Shown: positions 24,543 through 39,080, counted from the first letter of the stretch. The stretch: 64,000 bases of DNA from Eledone cirrhosa (GCA_964016885.1 OZ024766.1:15810001-15874000), one strand, 5' to 3'. Notes: generated by a model from the letters alone, not told the origin. Translations and numbers: made by a program.

Positions 24543-25742
24543 ATGGAAAATATATTGAGTGAAAAGAAGATTAAATGTGAAATAATGTCTAAAGATATGG
24601 CTATTACAGAAGAGATGTCAAAGGATAGAGGAGAGAAGCCATATCACTGTGATATCTGTGGTATATCATTCTCTCTAAGTTGTATATTAACTTGTCACAT
24701 ACGTACCCATACATGTAACAAACCATATCACTGTGATATCTGTGGTAAATCATTCTTTGTGAGAAGAAATTTAACTAATCACATACGTACCCATACAGGA
24801 GAGAAGCCATATAACTGTGATATCTGTGGTAAATCATTCTCTCAAAGTAGTATATTAACTAACCACATACGTATACATACAGGTGAGAAGCCATATCACT
24901 GTGATATCTGTGGTAAATCATTCTCTCTAAGTAATACATTAACTTGTCACATACGTACCCATACATGTAACAAACCATATCACTGTGATATCTGTGGTAA
25001 ATCATTCTCTTTTAGGAGTAATTTAACTAATCACAAACGTATACATACAGGAGAGAAGCCATATCATTGTGATATCTGTGGTAAATTGTTCTCAACAAGT
25101 GGTACATTAACTTCTCACATACGTACTCATACAGGAGACAAGCCTTATCACTGTGATATCTGTGGTAAATCATTCAATAGTAGTAGTACCTTAACTATCC
25201 ACAAACGTACCCATACAGGAGACAAGCCATATCACTGTGATATATGTAGTAAATCATTCTCTGATAGTAGTACCTTAACTAGCCACAAACGTACCCATAC
25301 AGGAGACAAGCCATATCACTGTGATATCTGTGGAAAATCATTCTTTGTTACTGGTAATTTAACTAGCCACAAACGTATACATACAGGAGACAAGCCATAT
25401 CACTGTGATATCTGTGGGAAATCATTCTCTCAAAGTGGTACCTTAACTAGCCACAAACGTATACATACAGGAGAGAAGCCATATCACTGTGATATCTGTG
25501 GTAAATCATTCTCTGTAAGTAGTGCCTTACCTAGACACAAACGTACTCATACAGGAGACACGCCATACCACTGTGATATCTGTGGGAAATCATTCTCTCG
25601 AAGTAGTCACTTAACTAGACACAAACATATACATACAGGAGACAAACCATATCACTGTGATATCTGTGGTAAATCATTCAATAAAAGTAGTCACTTAACT
25701 GCACACATGCGTATACATACAGGTGACAAACCATATCACTGA
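24543..25742 (+). CDS. Tandem C2H2 zinc-finger protein, 13 fingers, truncated by a frameshift (ZNF-3; possibly a pseudogene)
   Basis: 399-aa ORF; cactgtgat became cactgat (2-bp deletion) creating TGA at 25740-25742. Confidence 0.88.
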   Translation: MENILSEKKIKCEIMSKDMAITEEMSKDRGEKPYHCDICGISFSLSCILTCHIRTHTCNKPYHCDICGKSFFVRRNLTNHIRTHTGEKPYNCDICGKSFSQSSILTNHIRIHTGEKPYHCDICGKSFSLSNTLTCHIRTHTCNKPYHCDICGKSFSFRSNLTNHKRIHTGEKPYHCDICGKLFSTSGTLTSHIRTHTGDKPYHCDICGKSFNSSSTLTIHKRTHTGDKPYHCDICSKSFSDSSTLTSHKRTHTGDKPYHCDICGKSFFVTGNLTSHKRIHTGDKPYHCDICGKSFSQSGTLTSHKRIHTGEKPYHCDICGKSFSVSSALPRHKRTHTGDTPYHCDICGKSFSRSSHLTRHKHIHTGDKPYHCDICGKSFNKSSHLTAHMRIHTGDKPYH

Positions 25743-26175
<433 letters not shown>

Positions 26176-26516
26176 CAACATAAGGTTACTTAATGTAACA
26201 CAAACACAATCAGACAATAAAAACGATATCACTCACCCAAAATAGTGCCACCAATGTTGTTAATGTTTTGAATAAAATTTGTTTGTTCTGAAATTATTCT
26301 CCTTTCATTTTATTTGTAGAAGTTGTAACCAAGACTTATGCTGACAAATCTGTATGGTACAGAATTTACAAACACTCTATATATCTATATATGTGCCAAA
26401 ACATCTATGATGTCGTTTTACAGCTGATGAAGGGTTTCTTCTCTCCTTTCATCCATATTACCATCTTAAACTTTGTTTACAGTAACCACACAGCTCCTTT
26501 CTTTTCTTATTATTTT

Positions 26517-27731
26517 AAATAGGAAAGAAAATAAGGCGCCGGTCCCTTCCGGGAAATGGCCATGCTCAGTGTGTAGGAAAGGCGTTGGTAGAAACTCCAT
26601 TTTATGTCCCAAATGCAAAGTATGGGTGCATAAAAGATGTAGTGGGATCACAGGTAAACTAACTAAGAACATAGATTTTACATGTGGCCGGTGCTCTGGT
26701 GCAATTAGTAGCAGCAAGTGCCCACAAAATACTAGCTCTTTCAATTGCGCAGAGGGTTCTATAGAAATAGTGGACAGCTTCCGTTACCTGGGTGACAAAA
26801 TCAGCAGTGGGGGAGGGTGCTCTGAAAGTACAGTAGCTAGAGTCAGAACTGGATGGAAAAAGTTGAGAGAGCTTATACCACTATTAGCCGCTAAAGGGTT
26901 CTCCCTAAAAATGAAAGGCATGTTGTATGATGCCTGCATACGAACAGCAATGTTACATGGCAGTGAGACCTGGGCATTGTGTGCAGAGGATATACGCAGA
27001 CTAGAGAGAAACGAAGCTTGCATGCTCCGCTGGATGTGTAATAGTAATATACGTAATCGGCAAAGCATAAACGAACTAAGGGGAAAATTAGAAATAAGAG
27101 GCGTCAGATGTTGTTTAGTCGAGAGAATGGTACGTTGGTATGGTCACGTGATGCGCATGAAAGACGACAGCTGTATAAAAAAGCGCAGGGCAATAAAGAT
27201 AGACGGTAGCCACGGAGTAGGCAGACCCAGAAAAACCTGGGACGACCTGATAAATTCCAACCTCACACACTTACACCTCTCCAAGACAATGTCACTGGAC
27301 CGAGATCTTTGGCGGTACTCAGTAATAGAGAAGACCCGCCTTATCTGAATACAAAGTAAAACCTACTACAGTCAGTAGGCATCTCTAACAAAACACACCC
27401 CCGTCCCCCCACCCCACCACACCGCCCCTTTCAATGTAAAGTTATGTTGGTGCCACAACATCCAGGCCGAAACAAATGAGATCGTGTAGGTGTCACGACA
27501 AAAAAAACACACAGTCCATGCTGTAATGTGGCCGTGTAGGCAACACGGTAAAAACCTCCCAGTCCCACACTGTAAATATGGTTGGTGTTAGGAAGGGCAT
27601 CCAGCTGTAGAAAAACTGCCAGACAGTCCTATGCGTGCAAGACAACCACTCTTGCCTCAAGTGGGAAAACTCCCGTCCAAACCCATGCAGGCGTGGAAAA
27701 TGGACGTAAAGCGATGATGATGATGATGAAG
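26517..27731 (+). mobile_element. 5'-truncated RTE-clade LINE, unit-3-specific insertion
   Basis: ORF 26473..27348 has a Cys/His finger then IEIVDSFRYLG..ARVRTGWKKLREL.PLL..LYDACIRTAMLHGSETW..RWYGHVMRM..GRPRKTW; 3' UTR ends in (GAT)n. Other units have a plain (TA)n tract at this site. Confidence 0.92.
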
Positions 27732-29262
27732 ATATATATAACAAAGGAGGTGCAGTAAGGAACCAGATGGACCATATACGTACCAGAGTACTCAATACTT
27801 AGGGGAGTAGAGTGGGAAACAGGAAAATGTTTAACCCCGACGGCAGAGCTCAATCCGTTTCGATGGCAATTTCTGGAAACAGTTCAGAAATAACCGTCGA
27901 AATGGTTTGAGCTCTGCCGTCGGGGTTAAACATTTTCCTATATATATATATATATGTATGAGTGTATATGTCAGTGTGTAGAAATTTCTGTCCATGAAAA
28001 TGATTATCTTTATTTGTGTATATGTGTGTATATGTATGTTTATATGTGTTCTTATATACATGTGTGCACATCTTGATATATTTTCAGTGTCTGTTCTAGT
28101 CCTCAGAGTACAAATCCCACTGAGGTAAAGTTGCTTCGATATTCTGAGGTCAATAAATGAAATACCAGTGAAATACTAGGGTGGTTAATTCCTTTTCTTT
28201 GTCATTGTCTGTTTGTCTACTCTTCTCTTTCTCTGTATATATATATATATATATATATATCCAAAAGTAAGATAAATAAAATTATTCTATATCAAAGAAA
28301 GACATGTGCCATATCACCCGTAAAATAAGCTCCATGGAGCTTATTTTATGAGCGATATGGCGCCTGTCTTATTGGCATGACACCCATGATACGATTCAGA
28401 TTAATTTCATTTTAATTTATCTTAATTTTGGATTTATATATATATAAATAGGGCCTCTTAATTGTAGAGCTAACTCTGTTGAAAGAACCTGACTGCTGTT
28501 TCTAGTAGTCAATAACCCTATTCACGCCACTGGGACGAAGCTGGTATGATGTGTGTATTTTTAGTAGATACAGCACGTGTTACTGGTCAGTCGCTGATTT
28601 GAACTTGATGCGTAAACACAGATGGTTGGACTTCTTCCTGGTTGAGAATCCAAGATCTGGCTACTGTCGTTTACCAATCGATTAATTGGTGAAATATATT
28701 TCTTTAATGGAATATATACAAGGAAGATTAATCATTTTCTAAGGTATCTATTTTTGAAGTTCTAGTTAAATTTATTTAGTTACCTACATAGCTATGTGTG
28801 CTTACACACATTTACAAATTATCCTCTGTGATTGTTTCATATGTTTATTTATATGTCAATCAATTTCTAGTTGATATATATATATATATATAAATATATA
28901 TATATATACGTGGAAAAGTAAAATATAGCAGAACAGACCGTTAAAAGATGTTTATTTAAAATAGCATCTATGTAATGAAGACATGACAAATTGTCCTCAC
29001 GCTCTCTCTATATATATAGAAAAGGTGAAGTTGGAAATAGCACGGAAAATATATTTTAGGGTCTGTTTTTCTGTTATTTATCTTTTGGTTCGTCAAAGTG
29101 ACATTATTGAAAATATGGGAGGGACATCATCATTCATCATCATTTCATTTCACGTCCGCTTTCTCCCTGCTTGCAAGGGTGGGACGGGAACTGATTCTGG
29201 CTTGATTTCTACAGATGGAAGCCCTTCCTAACGCCAACCTCATTTACAGTGAGTGCTGGGTG

Positions 29263-32200
29263 TTGTCATGTTGAATGTTTTTCAAGATGTTATGGTCGGC
29301 ATATTTCTGGTCATCCACCAGTCAAGGTTTATTTTCATACACAAACTTACGCAACACTTCAATATCATGGTTTGTCTCCTGAAAAACTGATTGTATTACC
29401 TCAATTTCTTCTGGCTCTGGCATCCTGGATTGCTATTCATTGCTGGAATTCAATGGGACAGGTTGCACAGAGGTTGATTGTAAATCCTGGAGGTAGATTC
29501 CACATAAATATTGCTATAACATCTTTGGGCTGGGTGTAGATAGTCGTCTGACATATTGTTTTTGTACTCCTGCCAGGGTAGATGAGATTTATTCCACATG
29601 CTGTGAGTATAGTAGCAAACAACTGTCTTATTTAACTGGCTACTCCAGTGTCTGCTCCTTCTAGTCTCTTCTTCCAATGTCAGTTGTCATACAGGAGTCC
29701 ATGGCTGACTTATTTAACTGGCTACTCCAGTGACTGCTCCTTCTAGTCCCTTCTTCCAATGTCAGTTGTCATACAGGTGTCAATGGCTGTTATTTTACTG
29801 GCTACTCCAGTGACTGCTCCTTCTGGTCCCTTCTTCCAATGATAGTTGTCATACAGGTGTCAATGGCTGTTATTTAACTGGCTACTGCAGTGACTGCTCC
29901 TTCTGGTCCCTTCTTCCAATGTCAGTTGTCATACAGGTGTCAATGGCTGTTATTTAACTGACTGCTCCTTCTAGTCCCTTTTTCCAATGTCAGTTGTCAT
30001 ACAGGTGTCCATGGCTGTCTTATTTAACTGGCTACTCCAGTGACTGCCCCTTCTAGTCCCTTCTTCCAATGTCAGTTGTCATACAGGTGTCCATGGCTGT
30101 CTTATTTAACTGGCTACTCCAGTGACTGCCCCTTCTAGTCCCTTCTTCCAATGTCAGTTGTCATACAGGTGTCCATGGCTGTCTTATTTAACTGGCTACT
30201 CCAGTGACTGCCCCTTCTAGTCCCTTCTTCCAATGTCAGTTGTCATACAGGAGTCCATGGCTGTCTTATTTAACTGGCTACTCCAGTGACTGCCCCTTCT
30301 AGTCCCTTCTTCCAATGTCAGTTGTCATACAGGTGTCCATGGCTGTCTTATTTAACTGGCTACTCCAGTGACTGCTCCTTCTCGTCTCTCTTTCCAATAT
30401 CAGTTGTCTTACAGGAGTCCATGGCTGTCTTATTTAACTGGCTACTCCAGTGACTGCTCCTGCTAGTCTCTTCTTCCAATGTCAGTTGTCATACAGGAGT
30501 CCATGGCTGTCTTATTTAACTGGCTACTCCAGTGACTGCTCCTTCTAGTCCCTTCTTCCAATGTCAGTTGTCATACAGGTGTCCATGACTGTCTTATTTA
30601 ACTGGATACTCCAGTGATTGCCCCATCTAGTCTCTTCTTCCAATGTCAGTTGACATACAGGTGTCCATGGCTGTCTTATTTAACTGGCTACTCCAGTGAC
30701 TGCTCCCTCTAGTCCCTTCTTCCAATGTCAGTTGTCATACAGGAGTCCATGACTGTCTTATTTAACTGGCTACTCCAGTGACTGCTCCTTCTAGTCCCTT
30801 CTTCCAATATCAGTTGTCATACAGAAGTCCATGGCTGTCTTATTTAACTGGCTACTCCAGTGACTGCTCCTTCTAGTCCCTTCTTCCAATGTCAGTTGTC
30901 ATACAGGTGTCCATGGCTGTCTTATTTAACTGGCTACTCCAGTGACTGCTACTTCTAGTCTCTTCTTCCAATATCAGTTGTCATACAGGAGTCCATGGCT
31001 GTCTTATTTAACTGGCTACTCAAGTGACTGCTCCTTCTAGTCCATTCTTCCAATGTCAGTTGTCATACAGGAGTCCATGGTTGTCTTATTTAACTGGCTA
31101 CTCAAGTGACTGCTCCTTCTAGTCCATTCTTCCAATGTCAGTTGTCATACAGGAGTCCATGGTTGTCTTATTTAACTGGCTACTCAAGTGACTGCTCCTT
31201 CCAGTCCATTCTTCCAACGTCAGTTGTCATACAGGAGTCGATGGCTGTCTTATTTAACTGGCTACTCAAGTGACTGCTCCTTCTAGTCCATTCTTCCAAT
31301 GTCAGTTGTCATACAGGAGTCCATGGTTTTCTTATTTAACTGACTACTCCAGTGACTGCTCCTTTTAGTCCCTTCTTCCAATGTCAGTTGTCATACAGGT
31401 GTCCATGGCTGTCTTATTTAACTGGCTACTCCAGTGACTGCTCCTTCTAGTCTCTTCTTCTAATGTCAGTTGTCATACAGGTGTCCATGGCTGTCTTATT
31501 TAACTGGCTACTCCAGTGACTGCTCCTTCTAGTCCCTTCTTCCAATGTCAGTTGTCATACAGGTGTCCATGGCTGACTTATTTAACTGGCTACTCCAGTG
31601 ACTGCTCCTTCTAGTCCCTTCTTCCAATGTCAGTTGTCATACAGGTGTCCATGGCTGTCTTATTGAAATGGCTACTCCAGTGACTGCTCCTTCTAGTCCC
31701 TTCTTCCAATGTCAATTGTCATACAGGTGTCCATGGCTGTCTTATTTAACTGGCTACTCCAGTGACTGCTCCTTCTAGTCCCTTCTTCCAATGTCAGTTG
31801 TCATACAGGTGTCCATGGCTGTCTTATTTAACTGGCTACTCCAGTGACTGCTCCTTCTAGTCCCTTCTTCCAATGTCAGTTGTCATACAGGTGTACATGG
31901 CTGACTTATTTAACTGGCTACTCCAGTGATTGCCCCTTCTAGTCTCTTCTTCCAATGTCAGTTATACAGGTGTCCATGGCTGTCTTATTTAACTGGCTAC
32001 TCCAGTGATTTCCCCTTCTAGTCCCTTCTTCCAATGTCAGTTGTCATACAGGAGTCCATGGCTGTCTTATTTAACTGGCTACTTCAGTGACTGCTCCTTC
32101 TAGTCCCTTCTTCCAATGTCAGTTGTCATACAGGAGTCCATGTCTGTCTTATTTAACTGGCTACTCCAGTGACTGCTCCTTCTAGTCCCTTCTTCCAATG

Positions 32201-35200
32201 TTAGTTGTCATACAGGTGTCCATGGCTGTCTTATTTAACTGGCTACTCCAGTGACTGCTCCTTTTAGTCCCTTCTTCCAATGTCAGTTGTCATACAGGTG
32301 TCCATGGCTGTCTTATTTAACTGGTTACTCCAGTGGCTGCTCCTTCTAGTCCCTTCTTCCAATGTCAGTTGTCATACAGGAGTCCATGTCTGTCTTATTT
32401 AACTGGCTACTCCAGTGACTGCTCCTTCTAGTCCCTTCTTCCAATGTTAGTTGTCATACAGGTGTCCATGGCTGTCTTATTTAACTGGCTACTCCAGTGA
32501 CTGCTCCTTTTAGTCCCTTCTTCCAATGTCAGTTGTCATACAGGTGTCCATGGCTGTCTTATTTAACTGGCTACTCCAGTGACTGCCCCTTCTAGTCTCT
32601 TCTTCCAACGTCAGTTGTCATACAGGTGTCCATGTCTGTCTTATTTAACTGGCTACTCCTGTGACTGCTCCTTCTAGTCTCTTCTTCCAATGTCAGTTAT
32701 CATACAGGAGTCCATGGCTGTCTTATTTAACTGGCCACTCCAGTGACTGCTCCTTCTAGTCTCTTCTTCCAATGTCAGTTGTCATACAGGTGTCCATGGC
32801 TGTCTTACTTAACTGGCTACTCCAGTGATTTCCCCTTCTAGTCCCTTCTTCCAATGTCAGTTGTCATACAGGAGTCCATGGCTGTCTTATTTAACTGGCT
32901 ACTGCAGTGACTGCTCCTTCTAGTCTCTTCTTCCAATATCAGTTGTCATACAGGTGTCCATGGCTGTCTTATTTAACTGGCTACTCCAGTGATTTCCCCT
33001 TCTAGTCCCTTCTTCCAATGTCAGTTGTCATACTGGAGTCCATGGCTGTCTTATTTAACTGGCTACTGCAGTGACTGCTCCTTCTAGTCTCTTCTTCCAA
33101 TATCAGTTGTCATACAGGTGTCCATGGCTGTCTTATTTAACTGGCTACTCCAATGACTGCTCCTTCTAGTCCCTTCTTCCAATGTCAGTTGTCATACAGG
33201 TGTCCATGGCTGTCTTATTTAACTGGCTACTGCAGTGACTGCTCCTTCTTCTCTCTTCTTCCAATGTCAGTTGTCATACAGGAGTCCATGGCTGTCTTAT
33301 TTAACTGGCTACTCCATTGATTTCCCCTTCTAGTCCCTTCTTCCAATGTCAGTTGTTATACAGGTGTCCATGGCTGTCTTATTTAACTGGCTACTCCAGT
33401 GATTTCCCCTTCTAGTCCCTTCTTCCAATGTCAGTTGTCATACAGGAGTCCATGGCTGTCTTATTTAACTGGCTACTCCAGTGATTTCCCCTTCTAGTCA
33501 CTTCTTCCAATGTCAGTTCTCATACAGGTGTCCATGGCTGTCTTATTTAACTGGCTACTCCAGTGACTGCTCCTTCTAGTCCCTTCTTCCAATGTCAGTT
33601 GTCATACAGGTGTCCATGGCTGTCTTATTTAACTGGCTACTCCAGTGACTGCTCCTTCTAGTCTCTTCTTCTAATGTCAGTTGTCATACAGGTGTCCATG
33701 GCTGTCTTATTTAACTGACTGTTCCTTCTAGTCCCTTCTTCCAATGTCAGTTGTCATACAGGTGTCCATGGCTGACTTATTTAACTGGCTACTCCAGTGA
33801 CTGCTCCTTCTAGTCCCTTCTTCCAATGTTAGTTGTCATACCGGTGTCCATGGCTGTCTTATTTAACTGGCTACTCCAGTGACTGCTCCTTCTAGTCTCT
33901 TCTTCCAATGTCAGTTGTCATACAGGTGTACATGGCTGACTTATTTAACTGGCTACTCCAGTGATTGCCCCTTCTAGTCTCTTCTTCCAATGTCAGTTAT
34001 CATACAGGAGTCCATGGCTGTCTTATTTAACTGGCTACTCAAGTGACTGCTCCTTCTAGTCCATTCTTCCAATGTCAGTTGTCATACAGGTGTCCATGGC
34101 TGTCTTATTTAACTGGCTACTCCAATGACTGCTCCTTCTAGTCCCTTCTTCCAATGTCAGTTGTCATACAGGTGTCCATGGCTGTCTTATTTAACTGGCT
34201 ACTGCAGTGACTGCTCCTTCTACTCTCTTCTTCCAATGTCAGTTGTCATACAGGAGTCCATGGCTGTCTTATTTAACTGGCTACTCCATTGATTTCCCCT
34301 TCTAGTCTCTTCTTCCAATGTCAGTTGTCATACAGGTGTGCATGGCTGACTTATTTAACTGGCTACTCCAGTGATTGCCCCTTCTAGTCTCTTCTTCCAA
34401 TGTCAGTTGTCATACAGGAGTCCATGGCTGTCTTATTTAACTGGCTACTGCAGTGACTGCTCCTTCTAGTCTCTTCTTCCAATATCAGTTGTCATACAGG
34501 TGTCCATGGCTGTCTTATTTAACTGGCTACTCCAGTGACTGCTCCTTCTAGTCCCTTCTTCCAATGTCAGTTGTTATACAGGTGTCCATGGCTGTCTTAT
34601 TTAACTGGCTACTCCAGTGATTTCCCCTTCTAGTCCCTTCTTCCAATGTCAGTTGTCATACTGGAGTCCATGGCTGTCTTATTTAACTGGCTACTGCAGT
34701 GACTGCTCCTTCTAGTCTCTTCTTCCAATATCAGTTGTCATACAGGTGTCCATGGCTGTCTTATTTAACTGGCTACTCCAATGACTGCTCCTTCTAGTCC
34801 CTTCTTCCAATGTCAGTTGTCATACAGGTGTCCATGGCTGTCTTATTTAACTGGCTACTGCAGTGACTGCTCCTTCTTCTCTCTTCTTCCAATGTCAGTT
34901 GTCATACAGGAGTCCATGGCTGTCTTATTTAACTGGCTACTCCATTGATTTCCCCTTCTAGTCCCTTCTTCCAATGTCAGTTGTTATACAGGTGTCCATG
35001 GCTGTCTTATTTAACTGGCTACTCCAGTGATTTCCCCTTCTAGTCCCTTCTTCCAATGTCAGTTGTCATACAGGAGTCCATGGCTGTCTTATTTAACTGG
35101 CTACTCCAGTGATTTCCCCTTCTAGTCACTTCTTCCAATGTCAGTTCTCATACAGGTGTCCATGGCTGTCTTATTTAACTGGCTACTCCAGTGACTGCTC

Positions 35201-36613
35201 CTTCTAGTCCCTTCTTCCAATGTCAGTTGTCATACAGGTGTCCATGGCTGTCTTATTTAACTGGCTACTCCAGTGACTGCTCCTTCTAGTCTCTTCTTCT
35301 AATGTCAGTTGTCATACAGGTGTCCATGGCTGTCTTATTTAACTGACTGCTCCTTCTAGTCCCTTCTTCCAATGTCAGTTGTCATACAGGTGTCCATGGC
35401 TGACTTATTTAACTGGCTACTCCAGTGACTGCTCCTTCTAGTCCCTTCTTCCAATGTTAGTTGTCATACCGGTGTCCATGGCTGTCTTATTTAACTGGCT
35501 ACTCCAGTGACTGCTCCTTCTAGTCTCTTCTTCCAATGTCAGTTGTCATACAGGTGTACATGGCTGACTTATTTAACTGGCTACTCCAGTGATTGCCCCT
35601 TCTAGTCTCTTCTTCCAATGTCAGTTATCATACAGGAGTCCATGGCTGTCTTATTTAACTGGCTACTCAAGTGACTGCTCCTTCTAGTCCATTCTTCCAA
35701 TGTCAGTTGTCATACAGGTGTCCATGGCTGTCTTATTTAACTGGCTACTCCAATGACTGCTCCTTCTAGTCCCTTCTTCCAATGTCAGTTGTCATACAGG
35801 TGTCCATGGCTGTCTTATTTAACTGGCTACTGCAGTGACTGCTCCTTCTACTCTCTTCTTCCAATGTCAGTTGTCATACAGGAGTCCATGGCTGTCTTAT
35901 TTAACTGGCTACTCCATTGATTTCCCCTTCTAGTCCCTTCTTCCAATGTCAGTTGTCATACAGGTGTCCATGGCTGTCTTATTTAACTGGCTACTCCAGT
36001 GATTTCCACTTCTAGTCCCTTCTTCCAATGTCAGTTGTCATACAGGAGTCCATGGCTGTCTTATTTAACTGGCTACTCCAGTGATTTCCCCTTCTAGTCA
36101 CTTCTTCCAATGTCAGTTGTCATACAGGTGTCCATGGCTGTCTTATTTAACTGGCTACTCCAGTGACTTCCCCTTCTAGTCTCTTCTTCCAATGTCAATT
36201 GCCCCATGCATGAGTTGTTGTTCTTTAGATGCTTCTTGGTATGTGCTGCACTCTTCCACCAAATCACCTGAGATCCTCAAATAACGTTGGTCCTTGAACA
36301 ATATGCAGAAGTGACTGTAAATAAAAACTCTCTCTGTTGTTGGGGTGGTCATTGTAAACATGCCCAATAGCATCACTTGCCTTGACTTCATCACCTTCCA
36401 CTAAATGACCCTGCTTCCTTTGATTCCAAGTCTTACAATTGGTCCAGGTGTAGTATTTTGGGATGTCAGCATATAGGAGGGATCGAACAAATTCTTTATT
36501 CTGGCAGAGTTTCAAAAAGCAGTTAGAGTAGTGTCAGGTGGTACTGGTGTCAACTAATGAGCAGTGGTTTCAGTGAAGTACACACTCTGTCCATTTTCTA
36601 TATGTATAGAGAT
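29263..36613 (-). mobile_element. Helitron Rep/helicase relic, unit 4, split by a 6.6-kb minisatellite expansion
   Basis: ORFs 29437..29622(-), 29450..29677(-) and 36264..36515(-) carry the same Helitron peptides on both sides of the array. Confidence 0.87.
29623..36201. repeat. 82-bp minisatellite array, unit 4 (about 80 copies)
   Basis: Uninterrupted 82-bp periodicity over about 6.58 kb, with an internal 1628-bp duplication. Confidence 0.98.
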
Positions 36614-38541
36614 AAGGATGAAAAGCAAAGTTAATCTCTCAGAGGTTAGCTTTGCCTTTCATCCTTACGGGGTCGGTAAAATAAAGTACCAGTAATGTAC
36701 TAGGGTAATTGCTGACCTTGTGCCTAATGTAGAAACAATTATTACGAGGTCGATAAAATAAAGTACCAGTAATTCACTGGGGTATTTACTGGCCTTGTGC
36801 CAAAAGTAGAAACAATTATCACATTTCTTTTTTATAAATCACATCACTATATAATTAAGTACGACTGGAACTGTGTCTGAAGGTATTAAATTATGTCAGG
36901 GACTTTTAACGTTTGACACCGTACGAGAGTTTAAACATTCGCCAAGACACCGAGTACCTGCTGTCTTCGTGATAACTTTAATTAATCTAATTATATCTTG
37001 TGTAACAATTATATATATATACACACACACAATTTTAATACCCCGACACCAGTCTTACACTGTCATATCTATCCTTACTTTACAATTGTGTCTACTAAGA
37101 GTTCCATTACAATCTGTAGTAGTAAAACTACTATTTCACCAGAACATCTGCTCTCAGTCATTTATAGACAATATATATATTTTAGACCACATATCAACCT
37201 AATATATATATATTTCCTATCAAATCTGTAGCTAAAGACATAAAGTCAGCCTCACTACTTCATTCTAACAAGATATCAATTTATGACTAAAGATGAAGAA
37301 GATACACCAACGTTAATGTCGTGAAATAAAGCTGATAACATTGAAACTTCTAATTTGATAACAAAGAGATTATTTCTTTGGTTGTTTAGTAACAACTAAC
37401 AACACAACACATTGATTATATTTGAAGGAGGTAAGTTGACAAAGATTTACTTAATGTCTATATTAATGTGTGTAAATAATATAATTATGTGACCCCTACA
37501 ACGATCTAGTAATTAACCAGATTCCACTGTTACATGTGATATAAAATATATTGTTATCATGACTGTCTTTATTATTTAAATTACCTCCGTCTATTTAATT
37601 ATCTTGTTCACTACCTTACATTATAAAATATAGTTTATATTTAGCTGTACCTTGTTATTGCTTTAAATAAATTAAAGATATATTTATTATTTAAATTACC
37701 TCCGTCTATTTAATTATCTTGTTCACTACCTTACATTATAAAATATAGTTTATATTTAGCTATACCTTGTTATTGCTTTAAGTAAATTAAAGATATCTTT
37801 ATTATTTAAATTACCTCCGTCTATTTAATTATGTGGTTCACTACCTTACATTATAAAATATATTTTATATTTAGCTGTACCGTGTTGTTGCTTTAAGTAA
37901 ATTAATATTTTGTCTATTTTAGTCTAAATCTCTTACAATTTAATTAACTTCATCTACTTATGGTTGAACATTACTTTATTGTGGGTTTCATTTCATTAAA
38001 ATTATGTCTGAGTTAGCCAGCCAAGTAGTGGTTGAGTATCTGTATTTCAGGGCACTGCTTTGATGGTGAAGGGACATCTGTTGGTGTGGGATCTCGGTGG
38101 CTGTACATAATAAGGTTCTAATACTCTAAAGAGCTAGCTGAATAACCGTCTGATACATGTCTTGTATAGAGGATCATAAAGCCATGTATAGAAGAGTAGT
38201 CAGCAATGTCAGGATTAACATTCATAGTGAAGTGGCAGTATCGGTAGAGAGTCGGACACCATGCTTTGAGGCACAGAGTTACGTCCCTTTATGATCTGAG
38301 TTCAAATCCCGCCGAGGTTAACTTTGCCTTACATCCATGTGGGGTCTATAAAATAAAGTACCAGTAATGTACTGGGTAATTGCTGGCCTTATGTTTAAAA
38401 TAGAAACGATTATAGTGAAGAATTTGGAGTGTAATCTGGTGTCCACCAGGGCTCTGTTCTTAGCCCTCACTTAGTTATTATCGTCCTGCAGCCTATAACA
38501 GAGATGTTTAAGACTGGCTGCCCATGGGCACTCCTGTATGC

Positions 38542-39080
38542 TCAGCAGGTCCTGAAGAATGCGATCATATGCATTTTCAAGGTCTATAAAACGATAATAT
38601 ATACCTCTTAGCAATACTCCCACGATTTCACAAAGACCTGCCACATAGTGAATAATTGGTGGGTTATGTTGCACCCAGGGAGAAAACAGCACTATCCATC
38701 AGCTAGCTTGGACTCGATACATCACTTTGCCAGAAACTTAGCATATACTTTACCAGGGAGGCTTAACAAGGTGATCCCTCTCTATTTGGAACAATCTCTC
38801 GTGTCTCCCTTTTTATAAATTGCGATTATTACTCCCGAGTGCCATTTCAGAGACCCAGGCCATCTGACACACATGAGTTGGTCACATTTGAGCTCTTTAA
38901 TTGCTCTTGTGACCTCAGCCTCCGAGAGATTAGTCACCGCTGTCAGATTCACCTCATGTACATCCGAAGATGCTGTTGTGATCGGGTTTGGGAGATCAGC
39001 AAAGTATTCTCTCCACCTCATGAGGATCCATCTCTCTGAAGAGAAGAGAACCCCAGATACACTCATGGTTGCAGGTGTGG
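38542..39080 (-). mobile_element. RTE-clade LINE fragment, unit 4
   Basis: ORFs 38782..39066(-) ending IYKKGDTRDCSK and 38471..38692(-) with FIDLENAYDRI. Confidence 0.82.

Noticed and set aside
29623-36201. CRISPR-like array
   Set aside because: Contiguous 82-bp monomers with no unique spacers, no cas genes, and a eukaryotic context.
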